NCBI GenBank assembly: GCA_051362555.1
Contig: JBPQGU010000016.1
Span: 2,170,001 to 2,234,000, forward strand
Direction of reading: 5' to 3'
DNA length: 64,000 nt
Source of the DNA: Lingula anatina
Taxonomy: Eukaryota > Animalia > Brachiopoda
Positions 27,390 through 39,549 of this stretch are shown one piece after another (the first letter of the stretch is position 1; each line of letters opens with the position of its first letter). The position numbers were made by a program, and so were the translations under genes. Below the pieces are notes generated by a model. That model was not told the DNA's origin and searched no databases. It was given only the letters and a program-made list of their open reading frames with translations.

Positions 27390-28684
27390 GGCCCGTATTC
27401 CAAGATGTTCCTTAAAATAGGGCTAAGGTCAACTTTTATAAAGGCTTCCTTTGATGAGGTGTTCCTTGGTAAAGGAAGGCCTAACAAAATGGTATTCTAA
27501 GACCACACTTTAGCCTCTCCTTTGATAAGGAATTACTTTGACAAAAGTCAGCCTTTAGGTAAGGGACACTGACATAAAGGAGCTCCTCATTAGTTAGAGT
27601 TGGCCTTTGTGACACTCTCCTCGTTAAAATGCCTAGGTAATGTTGTATAATTGGGGTCAACTGATCAGTTTCAGTCATGCAACAGCGCATATGGACATTA
27701 TAACTGCATGTGGATGTTTTGATCTAAGCCAAATTTAGTGAATAAAGCAAGTATGGAAAGAAGAGAAAAGAATGGTTTGGAGGATGAGAAAACCAAAGTC
27801 GTAGACCCTTTTCTGATATTGAGAAAGCAGCTACTGATGCAACTAGTCAACAGAGAAAAGCCTATCCTCGATCAAATGTATTACTTCCGCCAAGCAGGTT
27901 GTTTTCACCCCTGTTTGTTTGTCTGTCTTTTTGTTACCTCCACCAAGGAGGTTATGTTTTCATCCCTGTTTAATTGTCTGTCTGACTGTCTGTCTGTCTG
28001 TGTGTTTGTTTGTTTGTTTGTCATCAACATAACTCAAAAAGTTACAGGACGATTTTGATGAAATTTTCAGGGTAGGTCAGAAATGGGTTATACTAGAAGT
28101 GATTAATTTTTGGTGGTGATCAAGATCAATAATAAATCAATTATCAGTAATAAAAAACCCAAAACTTTATGGACCAATTTTTATGAAATCAAGTTCAATA
28201 ATCAATCAATAATCAATAATCACAAATAACTCAAATGTAATGTGTCGATTGTGATGAAATTTTTAATTGATTATTGATCCGGATCAATAATCAATTAATA
28301 ATCAAAAATCAAAAAACTATATCATTATAGAATGAAAATTGGGTGGAGACTTTGCCCTCAGAGTGCTTTTCTAGTTGAATTTAATGATTTTGAATTTAGG
28401 TAGGCATGTTTGTTTATATAGTCCATGGAGCTGATTTTCACAAGAGAAATGTACACGATGGCTGCTTAAGGCAGACCAACCTTACATTTTAAGGAATCCT
28501 CAGCTAAAAATAAAGGAAATCTTTAAGCAAAGGCAGATTCTAAAAACGACCGATTCATTTGCTAAGGATGATTGTAAAGTGATTCCTTTCAAGTGAGATA
28601 AAGAAATGTCTTGGAATACAAATTTTGTATAAGGTCGACTTTAAGTCTCCCTTAACACTAAAGGGAGATTCTGGAATATGGGTC
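27390..28684. mobile_element. PIF/Harbinger-like MITE with a nested HINE
   Basis: Imperfect TIRs GGCCCGTATTCCAAGA...AAGGTCAACTTTTATA / TATAAGGTCGACTTT...TCTGGAATATGGGTC. The superfamily call rests on terminus style only. Confidence 0.55.
27885..28376 (+). mobile_element. Helentron-type non-autonomous element (HINE/DINE-like)
   Basis: 5' CCTCCACCAAGGAGG sub-TIR, (GTCT/GTTT)n tract and 3' GGTGGAG...AGAGTGCTTTTCTAGTT end. Confidence 0.7.
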
Positions 28685-29301
28685 AATAATTTGCCTCAAT
28701 TTCACATTGCTTATTATCAGTATGAAATCCATTCTATGTGTACTCTGCCTTTAACTGTATATATTTTTGCATGAAGGCAGACAAAGTGTATCAATGTCAC
28801 ATCGCTTATTCTCAGTATGGTTTTCATTTCAGATGTCAAGGCAGGAGGATGACAAGGTAAATACTTTCGTCCTCCATAGCATCTCATTCTTTCTCTTACA
28901 CACACACACACACTCAAGCACATCGGTAAAGTCAGGTAAATATTATTCCCCTGAGCACAATACCACCTGACTACCCCCAAGGAAAAAAAACTACCTCAGG
29001 TAAGAAAACATACTGTATTCGAAATATCTATTTGAGAATTTTATAAATTACTTGAATATTTTGCGAAATATCAGATAGAGGGCAGTTGAGATATAAGAAA
29101 TGGTTATTTTAATATAAATTATAACTATAAATATTATAAGATATAATTAAGATTATAAAAATCAGAAAAATCTTTCACGGATGTCAATTTGCAAATTTGA
29201 CATTGCAGGACGCTTTTGATCAAGCAAATACTAAGTTCTAATTGGGATGTGGTCTTGGCCACTTAGGAAGTGGACTAGATTAGTACTGGGCCTGTGACAT
29301 A

Positions 29302-30015
29302 TACACTAATGCTCATAAGTTAAGCAACACCCCGATTTTTTCAAAAATGTCTTCTATCATGATCATTATTTTATTTGTTATTGGGATTATGCATTTTTCT
29401 TTCATACTTTATAAATAGCTTCTTCAATTTGAATATTTCTGTTAAAGAAATAAACCACATAGCTCATTGTAACAATTAAATTAATTAAATTACCCAAATG
29501 GTACCAAAATATGCTAAACCATATGTCTAAAAAGTATGCTCACACAGCAAAAAGTACGTGCTGAATAAACAGTTTATCATGAACAAAAATGGAGTTTTAT
29601 CGTCTAAGAATTAGTTTTAATAAAATCGGCACTAAATTCTGTCAATTTTGCTTTGGGAGCCGGTTCAATTCCTCAATTATTGCCTGCTGGAGCTCTTATG
29701 TTCCGACTGGAGGTTGTCTCTCATTTACTGCTATGTCATTCATATCCTAAGCATGTTCGATTACATTGAGAATTGGTAAATATGCAGGCCAATCCAAATG
29801 TGGGATACCGTGCTGTTGCAACGCGTCTTGCACGGACCGTGCTTTATGGATGGGCGAATTATCCTGCACCAAAATGATTTTTCCTGGGTTTGCTTGAATG
29901 CCTGACTGTAAGCGCCCCAATGGTGTTTCATCTCTGTATCGTTGACCAGTGTACCTCCCTGGAATGAAGTAAAGTGGTAATTGTTCAACATATGAGAAAC
30001 CGCACCATACCATGA
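29302..30015 (-). mobile_element. Tc1 transposon remnant
   Basis: MVWCGFSY...LVQDNSPIH...LDWPAYLPILNVIEHA. A TA|CACT... terminus lies near 29302. Confidence 0.85.
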
Positions 30016-31406
30016 CGGATGTTAAGCCTCTCTTTTGGTCCTCAAATCAAATTCGGTCCCTTAGTTCTAAACTGTTTACTAGAAGCTCTGTTCTGGTCCT
30101 ACACCTGTCAATGTCCATTATGACGTCTTCAAACGTGTTCCCCAAACGTGTCCTTGGCTGACTCTGTTATGTTCTCTAATTTTTTAGATTTAAAACTTTT
30201 AGAGGCTACCAAAAAACGTATGTAAACTGAATGTTAGAAAGAAATACATTACAATTATTTAAATTCGTATTGTATTTGCTATAATATATTCTCACATTTT
30301 TAAAGAACACAAAAGGTCTGCTGGATGCTTATACTACAGTATTTATATGGCGTGCTCTGCATCAAGTGTTCAAGAAATTATAATTATTATATCGTGGGTG
30401 ATTGTAAGGGTGTGTGTGTGGGGGGGGGGGGGGGGCTTACTCACTGGCATGATGGTGCGTCTCAAACCTGTTAACTTCCCGACCCTTTAAAACACCGCTA
30501 CATATGTAGACACTCTAACCCAAAATATTACGTTCAATGTTTAAAAACTTTTAACAAAAATTGAAAATGTGAGCCACGCAAATTAAGTTTAATATCGGCA
30601 TATACATATATTACATGTTCCATTATTTTCTCTGGTTTATGTTATTGTACATGTACCCTCTAACAGGGAAAGCAGCCAACAATTATTAAAAGTAATATGA
30701 AACACTAATAAAAACGTTATGTAAAACGTGAGCGTCGGTAACGTGACTCAAACGTTCACTTTCTTGAGGAATCATTCCCCGGAGTGCAGTTGAGATAAGT
30801 TAATTTACGCTCTCATATCTTTCATATTAAAGAAATGAATATTTATTACAAGAGGTCAGGTTGGGAGGGGGAGCATAAGAGAATAGCGAATTATAAGCAA
30901 TATACCAGGAAATACCCTGCAATTTATCTATTTATCTTTTTCAATTCATGCCGAGAAGTATCACCTTACCCGTCGATTTCGCGGATTCTTCACATGGCCC
31001 TTTAAACTAATAAATATTGGTTTTTACTAACCCACACCCAACCCACCGAACGTAATATATTAGCATGATTCTGAATAAAAACTATATACCAAAGAAAATA
31101 ATTTAGAGGTCAAAAGAGAGACAGCCAAGGGCACGTTTCGGTATGACTATAAAAAACTTTAGGTTTGGCTGGACCTTTCTTCTGATATACTTTATCATGT
31201 TTCGTGATTATCTAGCTTGGTCGGTTCAGAAGATATATACCCCCCCTGCCCACACTTATTTCAACCTGAAAGATTGGTAAGTCAGTAGCACAGCACAAAA
31301 AGTCAATTTTCAGCTCTTTTACTCTTCAGGAAATGGGTCTGAATATTCTCTTTACAAGCCTTTTCAACGGTGTAAAGCTCTACCGGAAAGGTCAGGGTCT
31401 ACGGGT

Positions 31407-31670
31407 TTACTACCCTTTTATGCCTAAGCTTAAAATTGTAGTTGCACTATTACTACGTCTTTCCGATCAAGTATAGGCGTCTAAAAACAACCTCTTTACA
31501 ACTCCTTTCCGATCAATTATAGGCGATTTTTGACACGTCTTTATAACCCTTTTCCGATGAAGTAAATGCCATATGAGATACGTCATTATAACCCTTTTCC
31601 GATCAAATAAAGGCGATTTTAGGTAAGTCTTTACTACCCTTATCTAATCAAATATGGACGATTATAGTTA
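31407..31670. repeat. Diverged ~45-bp minisatellite, about 6 units
   Basis: Units of consensus TTAYWACCCTTTTCCGATCAA...GGCG start at ~31407, 31450, 31496, 31541, 31586 and 31631. Confidence 0.85.
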
Positions 31671-34600
31671 TTTCAATTACTTATAGCACTGATAATGTTT
31701 CAAATTCATGTAGCATTTCATTTAATGAGAGGAAGGCTTGTGAATTTTCAATTATAGTAATTTATTGCAAAAAACAACAATAACCGTTACAATACAGTGG
31801 GAATTATATTTATAAAGCGCAATACAGCTACTATATTTCACAAGTGGAAAGTAATCTTTCACTAATGTATTGTTTTGTACACTCATTATACACACACCCT
31901 AAACAATAGCGAATACCATTAAAAAATTTACCTAGTAAAATAATTACGCAAATAAATACGAACCACATTTAAATACGACTTTCCAGAACAAAATCTAAGC
32001 AAAAGTACAATTATAGGAACGTCACAGGTTCATAAGTAGTCAGGCTTCTTCCATTATTTATCTGACATCTGGTAAACATATGATGAAAACGAAAACGACT
32101 ACTACTTATCCATCGACTTAAAGTATTTGCAGAGAGTGGCCGCTCGTTAAATAACATGCCAATTATGTGTGCCCTAATTGCCCGACCCCGTTTTAAAAAT
32201 TACACTGATTAGGTATTTTTGTTCACATTGAGTAAGGCGATGAAGCCTAGCTTCCAAGGAAAGATAAAATATTGTCACCAAAACCCCTTCAAAATGCGTA
32301 GGCTAAAGAAATAAAATAACATTAAAAATATGGGAAAATTAAAAACAAGAGAAACGTAACACATTATGTACCTGAAATATCCGACTAACTTAAAGTATTT
32401 AATCAAAATCAAATAAATGCTGCTCAAATTCTAAGAGAAAAATGTGCTTTCAGAATAAATCTGTAGAAAATACAGCTATTTATTTCTTGAGGTGTGTGAA
32501 ACGTTCATCTTATTTAGCGTGATTCGTGAAGCACCCCATTCACGCGACTTGTGAATGCAATTGTTTATTCTCCGCCCTTCGTGAAACGAAGACATTTTAC
32601 CCGGTGATGCGTGATTTTCAGGATATTTTTAAAATGCCTACTATCAGTGAGATAATAATACACTGTAATTTGTGTATTGATAATTTATCTTCCCGCGTAC
32701 TGTGGTCATTCCCCTCCCCAATTGGACTTTCAAGACTGGGCCTGAATTAAAACATATCAGTTTACTTGGGATCACAGCAAAATAATACACAAATATATGT
32801 TCAAATATAAGAAGTACTGATCTCATTGTAATAACAATATATATAAAAACAGTAAGTAAAAATCAATCACCGTAAGGGAGATATATTAACATTTTTCATG
32901 TTGAATACTGTGATATTATCTAATCTACAACTGTGGACTCTAATCGTCCTTGCGTGTAAATTATTTTCCACACATCAAATCGCCCTTGCGTGTAAATTAT
33001 TTTCCACACATCAATTTGAGCACCCCTTTAGCCTGGCAGACCCCCGCGTCAGATATTTCTGACGTTGCCCCTTTCAACGTCTTCCCCTTGTTCAGTGCTG
33101 CTATCGCCCTTTCCTTTTTTCCAGTGCGGTGTCCTTCTTAACGGTTTCTGTAAAAATATAACGAAATGATATCAAAATATAATGTGTAATAACGTATTAA
33201 ACATAACTGGGTAAAGGGAACAGCATGTCTGACTAAAAAAAATTCAGAGAAAGTATCAGGATTGAGAATTACAAGAATGCATGTAGCCTACCACTATAAC
33301 AGACATGGAGAATGTAATAAAATCAAAGACTTGGTAGTTTATCAACACACATTGATAATCAATTATTAAAAATGAAAATAATGAATATTATGAAAACAAC
33401 AAAAGGAATAAAACCACTTACTGTTTTCATCCTCTCGTTTTTCCTGTACATTTACTTTGTACTCTGTCTCTGTGGCTATCTTCACACCACACCACATCCT
33501 CCCCTTTGTAGTTGCGATTTAATATTCGTTGTTTAGGGTTGGTCGGCTCATGTCTTAGTTAAACTAACTCTTATCAAAATAACACGATACAGGGCTGGTT
33601 CCCTGGGGACGTGTGTTTTGACAGCGCCCCTGGTTAAAAGCTTTGAGATTGCTTTTGGGACGTTAGAGTTAAGATTGAAGTATAAAAGTCCCTTAGATGC
33701 GTTATCACGTGTTTGTGAAGAGATGACAACGGTGATAGAACGTGTCCGTCTTATAATTCTGATTCGAATTATGTTAGATAACTATTTATTGTCGTATTCA
33801 ATGTTATCGGCTGTTGTTTCACTTCGGTATGATGTGAGAGAGGTGTCTCGCCTCTGTATGTGTTTGACCTGAAGGGCCGACTGTACGAGATAAACACAGT
33901 GCGGCTGGGGAAACGAAAAAAAAGGGAGGTTGGACTGGTTGCAGAAAGCGCTTTTTGGTCAACAAGTGACCTTCATCAGCTGCAGAGTCCTGAAAAAAAG
34001 AGGGGGGGGGGGCTGTGCTTAAACAAAGAAGTGAGAAACCAAAACACTTGGTTTAAGCCTTCATCACCGCGGTTGGAGAGAGGTTACATAAAAGGTTAAA
34101 TAGCTTATTGGCCACCATGCTGCTTGTTATACTGACCTCAGCTCATGAGTCATCTCTCGACCATCGTGTTTCAATGGTACTTCATGTGAAAACTGTGTTA
34201 ATTACTGGTAGCAGTCCCCATACAAATACAACCGAATCCGGCTGTCATCTAAAGCAGGCTAGTCCTTCTCTGTCAAAGCCCATAACTTATAAACAAAATA
34301 ACCGTTTTTGACTTGCGGCGATTTACTTATTTTCATGTGAAAAATGAATTTCTATGAAGAAATCAGTATATTGCGATAAGATACATTTTCATTAGCAGAA
34401 ACCGTGTAAAAGTGACACACGATGCACGTTTAATGTGCATTGATTCTTCACTTACGGGGTTTAACCGCCCCCTTCTCTTCGTCACCCACTATGAGCAAGA
34501 TATCATCATCAATAGAAAAGTACTCCTGTTATATACGTATTACGGCACATCATACTGATAATGTTTGCTATATATCAACATATTTATCGCTGCTTAACCT

Positions 34601-36218
34601 TGCAAAATAACAATGGTCTTATAGTTATTCAGTTTTTCAAGCAAGGTTTTTTATGGCAGCTAGTTTAGAACTAATGGTTTACTAATGGTTCTAGACATGG
34701 TCTATCGAGCGAAATCTTATCGTGGGATGTACTACGATCAGTTGTGGGGCAATACTTATTCATCAAATAAAAAAATTTTCTAATGCATCTCCAGTCAACA
34801 TTGGTATTAAAATATTTTTGTTTTCGTCTTTTAGCTGGATGAAATATTGAAGGTGGTCGTGACGTACACTGTTGTTAGTCGGGCTTTGTTGAAATTTCCC
34901 CGGCCACCAGCGTCTCGAGTGACACATCTTTATCCTTTTTTGTTTGTTCTCCGCTCAGTGTTGATTAAATATTAGAACGTTTAACGGTCACCCGCTGGTT
35001 CTTCCAACTCCCTTATTAATTAAAGATTGGTTGCACCACTGCACACGATGATTCAGTGCATAAGCACTACGTCCATCAGTGTAATAAACTTAAGATCTAT
35101 TTAAACTGCCGCAGGCTAAATCGCGATCGTCTAAGGAATCTTTATAAATACACCTTATTAATTGAAAAAATAAAAAAATTAAAAATACACTGACTGTGTA
35201 TCATGATTTCAGTGAAATGATTTTTACTCCGGAGACACCTTATTATAACGTATCCTATAAAATCCAGATTGTAAGCGCAAGTGTGATTAACGATTTCTAT
35301 AGTACTAGCGACAAGTTAAATGCCAGTCAGTTATTTTGCTGCAACCAGAGTTGCATTATTCAAGGCCGCGGCCAAACTTTTAATAATCAAACAGCATGGC
35401 TTTTGACCAAGTCTTATTCATTATAATTCATTGCAATTTTATGGAAATAATGATCATGCTTTAAATATAGACTTTGATATCGCTTCCAAGCAATCTATAT
35501 TAATTTAAAATGGTTTTTGAGACGACTGTGAATTGGACTGGATTTGATAGATCAAATACAACTTTTAGGGATAAATCAGCAAAGAGAAATGAAATGATGA
35601 ATATCAAAATATGATAAGCCCTCGGGGGAAGCTTCCTCAGGAGAGATGTTCTTTCGACAGTATATACATGTAGCGCACCTATGATAATAAAATGAAATTT
35701 TGAAAGGAATTAACAATATAAATCTTTCAGTTCCATTGAAATCTCATGTTCTTAAATGTCAGTCACAATCTAATAACGACCGTCACATAATACCAAGGCA
35801 GGACCCCTGCGGAAAAACGTTGTTCAGTCGCGAAGAAAGACGAACGAGATTACGCGTGTTGAAAGGCCGTGTAAAAGAGAAAGGGGTACTCCTGCGCGGA
35901 AAAACGTCATTCAGTCGCGCGTTGTAAAGGCCAGCTTGCACTGTTCCGACGTCATTCCGCGGGGGCTGAAAAATCGGAAAGATTTGTTTTTGTGCTGTGT
36001 AGTCTGGCTTAGGCAATAAAAACTCACTATCTCCACATCTGGTTTCTATCAAGCTCGTTCAAGAGCTTAGGACAAGCATATAGCTCCTCGTGCCAGGAAA
36101 TCAGGAGATGAGGAGTAGAGTGCAACATGTCTTCTTAATATGGAAATCTATATATTTTTGGTAATGTCCTTTCAAACATTAACAAACACTGTTAAATACT
36201 CTTTCTCGAATTAATATC

Positions 36219-36254
36219 ATGTTCACACATTTCTGTAAATGTCCCGAACTAGAG
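36219..36254 (+). CDS. Candidate first coding exon of the AIG1-Hint gene (MFTHFCKCPELE)
   Basis: ATG at 36219, 12 codons, strong donor GAG|GTGAGT. Phase 0 matches the acceptor at 37247. An alternative candidate is 36140-36160 (MEIYIFL|gtaatg). Confidence 0.4.
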
Positions 36255-36566
36255 GTGAGTGCTATAAACTAACGGGCCCGTAGCCAGCAAAGTCAAAATG
36301 GGGGTTCTTTTTCTGAAAAAATGGACCTTTTATAATGAAACCTTTGTGTACTTAAATGTACCAAATTGTACCAGAATGGACCTTTTTCTGACAAAAAGGG
36401 TGGTTCTTTCGACCTGGGCCTGACTAAAAACATATTGGCAAACACCGGTATCCAGTTAGCCGGCAAAGTGATTTAGTTATTATGATTAACTTTTATAATA
36501 AAATAATAAAATATATAATAAAATACCACATTTAAAATATATTTTATATCTGACCTTGGACCCATC

Positions 36567-36630
<64 letters not shown>

Positions 36631-36634
36631 CAAA

Positions 36635-36992
36635 ACTTGGGTCAAAGTAAATAGAGTTCTAAGAAAATGCCACATTCTTTCAGTAAATTATTCTTGCTAT
36701 AACGTATTGTAGAATATATCGGTGAGTTCTCAAATAATATCAAGTTTATCAATTTTGTGTTAGCCTCTCAAAAATAAGGTATTGGAGGTATAATTGCTAG
36801 ACCATTTCTCGTAAAAAACAATGTATTGTCAGTTCTACCACCTATGCGGTTGGTAACCCACTTTAGAGAACGGTCAACTTTAGACCACCTCCTTCCCTTA
36901 CAGGGATTTAAGTGGCCATAATGTACCACCGCTGCTTTTCCTTTTATTTTTATCTTATATAAAATCGGAGAAATCAGCTCAATAACTTTGAA
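36635..36992 (-). mobile_element. Gypsy integrase C-terminal fragment related to 1-380, within the presumed intron
   Basis: Colinear similarity to window positions ~10-380 (CCCTTACAGGGA.TTAAGTG...TCTTATA.AAAAT.GGAGAAA). Confidence 0.75.
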
Positions 36993-37247
36993 CGGCGGGT
37001 TTTTGGAATGATATTATGCCTTAACACTATGTAACCCTTTGTGTCTTAGTACTTGTTTGTGGCTTTAAATTCTTGTTGGACATTATCTGCATTTTCATAT
37101 TAAAAAAAAACTTATTATTTTAATCATCAGTAAGATTATGTCGGTTATGTCCTGACATTAGTGAGGACAGTAGTTCCAGACACTGTGTTTTTCCTTGGGT
37201 ATTAACGAATTGTGAGAGATAAGTAATATTATGGGTATCTACTACAG

Positions 37248-38630
37248 GGCAAAGATGGTTACGAAGAAATACCGCCAGCTTATGCAAAGGGGGAGCACAC
37301 CAACATATTTGTCGTTGGGCAAACAGGAACTGGAAAGAGCTGTACGTGTAATATGATGGTGAACAAAGAAGGAGCTTTCAAAACAGGATTTGGCTCTAAA
37401 GGTGTTACGGACGACGTGTCATCTCACTGTGCCAACTTGGGTGGACGCAAGCTTCGCCTGATTGATACTCCCGGTCTTTTAGAAGCAGTTACGTATAGAC
37501 AGTTTGGATTTATGAAGAAGATCATGACGAAAAACATTAGTTTGCTCGGCGGCGAGGAAGGTATCGACGCGTTCTTGTTTGTCATTAACTGCAACGATAC
37601 GCCATCTCAAAATGAATTGAGCGCCTTAGTTAAGTTAATTTCGATGTTTTCGGAAGACATTTTTGAATATATGGTTGTTGTGGCTACTCACAAGGACGAA
37701 CTTGAGATGAACGAAAGGACAACAGAAAGTTTCAAAAGCAGTCTTCCCGGCAAAATGAAGACGATCCTTCAGAAGGCTGGTGGAAGGATAGTGTTTATCA
37801 ACAGTGTCACCAAAGACGGGAGAGAGCGTAGACACTACGTTAATTCTATCATCCGCCGTGTTGATGAGATTGCAAGAGCTCATCTAGGTAAGAAATTTTC
37901 CAATGAAGCCATCGAAAAAGCACGCAAGAAAAGACAAGAACTAGAAAAAAAATACCCTAACCTGAGTGAGACCGGTATACAAGAGGAATTAGAAAAGGTG
38001 ATCGAGCCATATTTAACATCAGAATACTGGTGTTTTGATGGCTCTTCCACTGTGCGTCTTAGCGATGGGTCAGTCACACCAATGGCCAAACTAACATCCG
38101 GTGACAGGGTGCTTTGTGTTAGGGATGATGGCTCCGTTGGCTTCGAGGAAATCTTCTGCTTCAGCCATGCAGATGAAAATTGTCAAACTATATATGTCCA
38201 CCTGCAGACCGCAACCGGGAAACACCTTCTCCTTTCTCACGGTCATTATATCCACGCTCTCTCAAATTCTACATCATTCCCATTTTCCATTAAAGCCGCC
38301 CGTGATATCCACGTTGGAGATGTGGTGTTCACTTATCACCCTGCCACCAACGCCATATTTGTGGATGAAATTGCGGCAACAGGCAGTAAGAAGGTCACCG
38401 GTGCCTTTTGTCCTCACACCATGAGCGGCACCATCATCGTCAATGATATTTTGGCGTCCTGTTACACCGACGCCGTAGAGCCCCTGGTGGCGAGAAAATT
38501 GCTTATGCCAGCCTGGTGTATGTACAAGTTGCTTCCGCTGCCTGTGTCTGCGCCCTTGTTGAAAGATGGCGTCTCAAATACCTGTAAACTTTTGTGCGCG
38601 ACGAAGCAATATTTAAAAAGTCTTTACTAG
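37248..38630 (+). CDS. AIG1/GIMAP-family GTPase fused to a Hedgehog-type Hint (Hog) autoprocessing domain; main coding exon, 460 codons
   Basis: Acceptor ctacag| at 37247 with an in-frame stop at 37224, so an upstream exon is needed. GTPase motifs: G1 GQTGTGKS, G2 SKGVT, G3 DTPG, GIDAFLFVI, G4 THKD, then FINS. A charged helical linker follows. Hint starts at Cys codon 38031 (CFDGSSTV...GDRVL...LLLSHGH...VGD...GAFCPHTMSGTIIVNDILASCY) and is followed by a ~54-aa tail. The frame is uninterrupted. Confidence 0.95.
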   Translation, partial: GKDGYEEIPPAYAKGEHTNIFVVGQTGTGKSCTCNMMVNKEGAFKTGFGSKGVTDDVSSHCANLGGRKLRLIDTPGLLEAVTYRQFGFMKKIMTKNISLLGGEEGIDAFLFVINCNDTPSQNELSALVKLISMFSEDIFEYMVVVATHKDELEMNERTTESFKSSLPGKMKTILQKAGGRIVFINSVTKDGRERRHYVNSIIRRVDEIARAHLGKKFSNEAIEKARKKRQELEKKYPNLSETGIQEELEKVIEPYLTSEYWCFDGSSTVRLSDGSVTPMAKLTSGDRVLCVRDDGSVGFEEIFCFSHADENCQTIYVHLQTATGKHLLLSHGHYIHALSNSTSFPFSIKAARDIHVGDVVFTYHPATNAIFVDEIAATGSKKVTGAFCPHTMSGTIIVNDILASCYTDAVEPLVARKLLMPAWCMYKLLPLPVSAPLLKDGVSNTCKLLCATKQYLKSLY

Positions 38631-39549
38631 AGTGGCGTGTGCGCAAACCACTGTCAATGACTTAAGTGTCTGTTGCAGGGAGCAGGATTCAATTGATAAC
38701 TTGGAGTAAGAAGATGTCATATCTGTGTACACATGAATGCTTCCCTGCAACTAATGTCATGCTGGTACAATTCGCTGTGGCATGGAAGTATTTTTATGTG
38801 TTTATCATGTGAAATTTGAACATTGCGATTGGGGACATTACTGCAGGTGGTGCAATTCTACTATTTGATTATGTGTTAGTGTTGTAATTCTGAAACACTC
38901 ATTAGTTTACGTTTTAGAAAAATATCAAGCACAAAAAGACCCGATTCTTTTTCTATGTCTTGCTTCCTTCTAATGTTTGTGACCGAATTTATTTTTAGAA
39001 TTTGTATTTATATACTTACGTATTTTATCATCGAAAACGGCGAACACGTTTTACCAATTCTTTACAAGGCATAATCAAATTTTGAAATTCCAGTGTATGC
39101 CAAACTATAGTTTAGTTAGAATTATGTATTTGTTTTGAAACTAAAAGATCAAACAAGGCATTTTCCTTTGATGTTATGATGGTGCGATCCTTTCATCTAA
39201 GCAAGTCGTTTTCCCTGAGACCAAAATTTGGTGCGGCTCAATATACATGATTTTCGCACCAATCTTATATTCTCCAGAATATAGCAAATTTATGTATGAA
39301 CAAATTATTACTCGGCCCAGTTGATTTGCCCTTTTGTACTTTTTTTGGTGTGTGTGATTGTGTGTTTGTGTGTGTGAACCCTTAAATTTGTAACCGAATG
39401 CAGATGATCTTCTAGCAGTAACAGTTAACTTATCTCAAATAGTAGTAAGGATTTCATTTGGGTTAACGGGGTTATTGGGGTATTGCTCGTTTTAATATTT
39501 GGCCTATGTTTCAGAGCCAGTTGGCATATATAGTGACTTGACTAAGAAT

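Noticed and set aside
31407-31670. CRISPR array
   Set aside because: The context is eukaryotic, the 'spacers' are homologous to each other, the repeats are not identical and there are no cas genes.
37353-37355. ORF-track ATG as the true start of the AIG1-Hint protein
   Set aside because: It lies downstream of the P-loop GQTGTGKS. The frame is open back to the acceptor at 37247.
38031-38630. Calling the gene hedgehog, or the domain an intein
   Set aside because: There is no Hedge signalling domain or signal peptide upstream, because the N-terminal partner is an AIG1 GTPase. There is no terminal His-Asn + Cys/Ser/Thr or endonuclease, so it is a Hog-type Hint.
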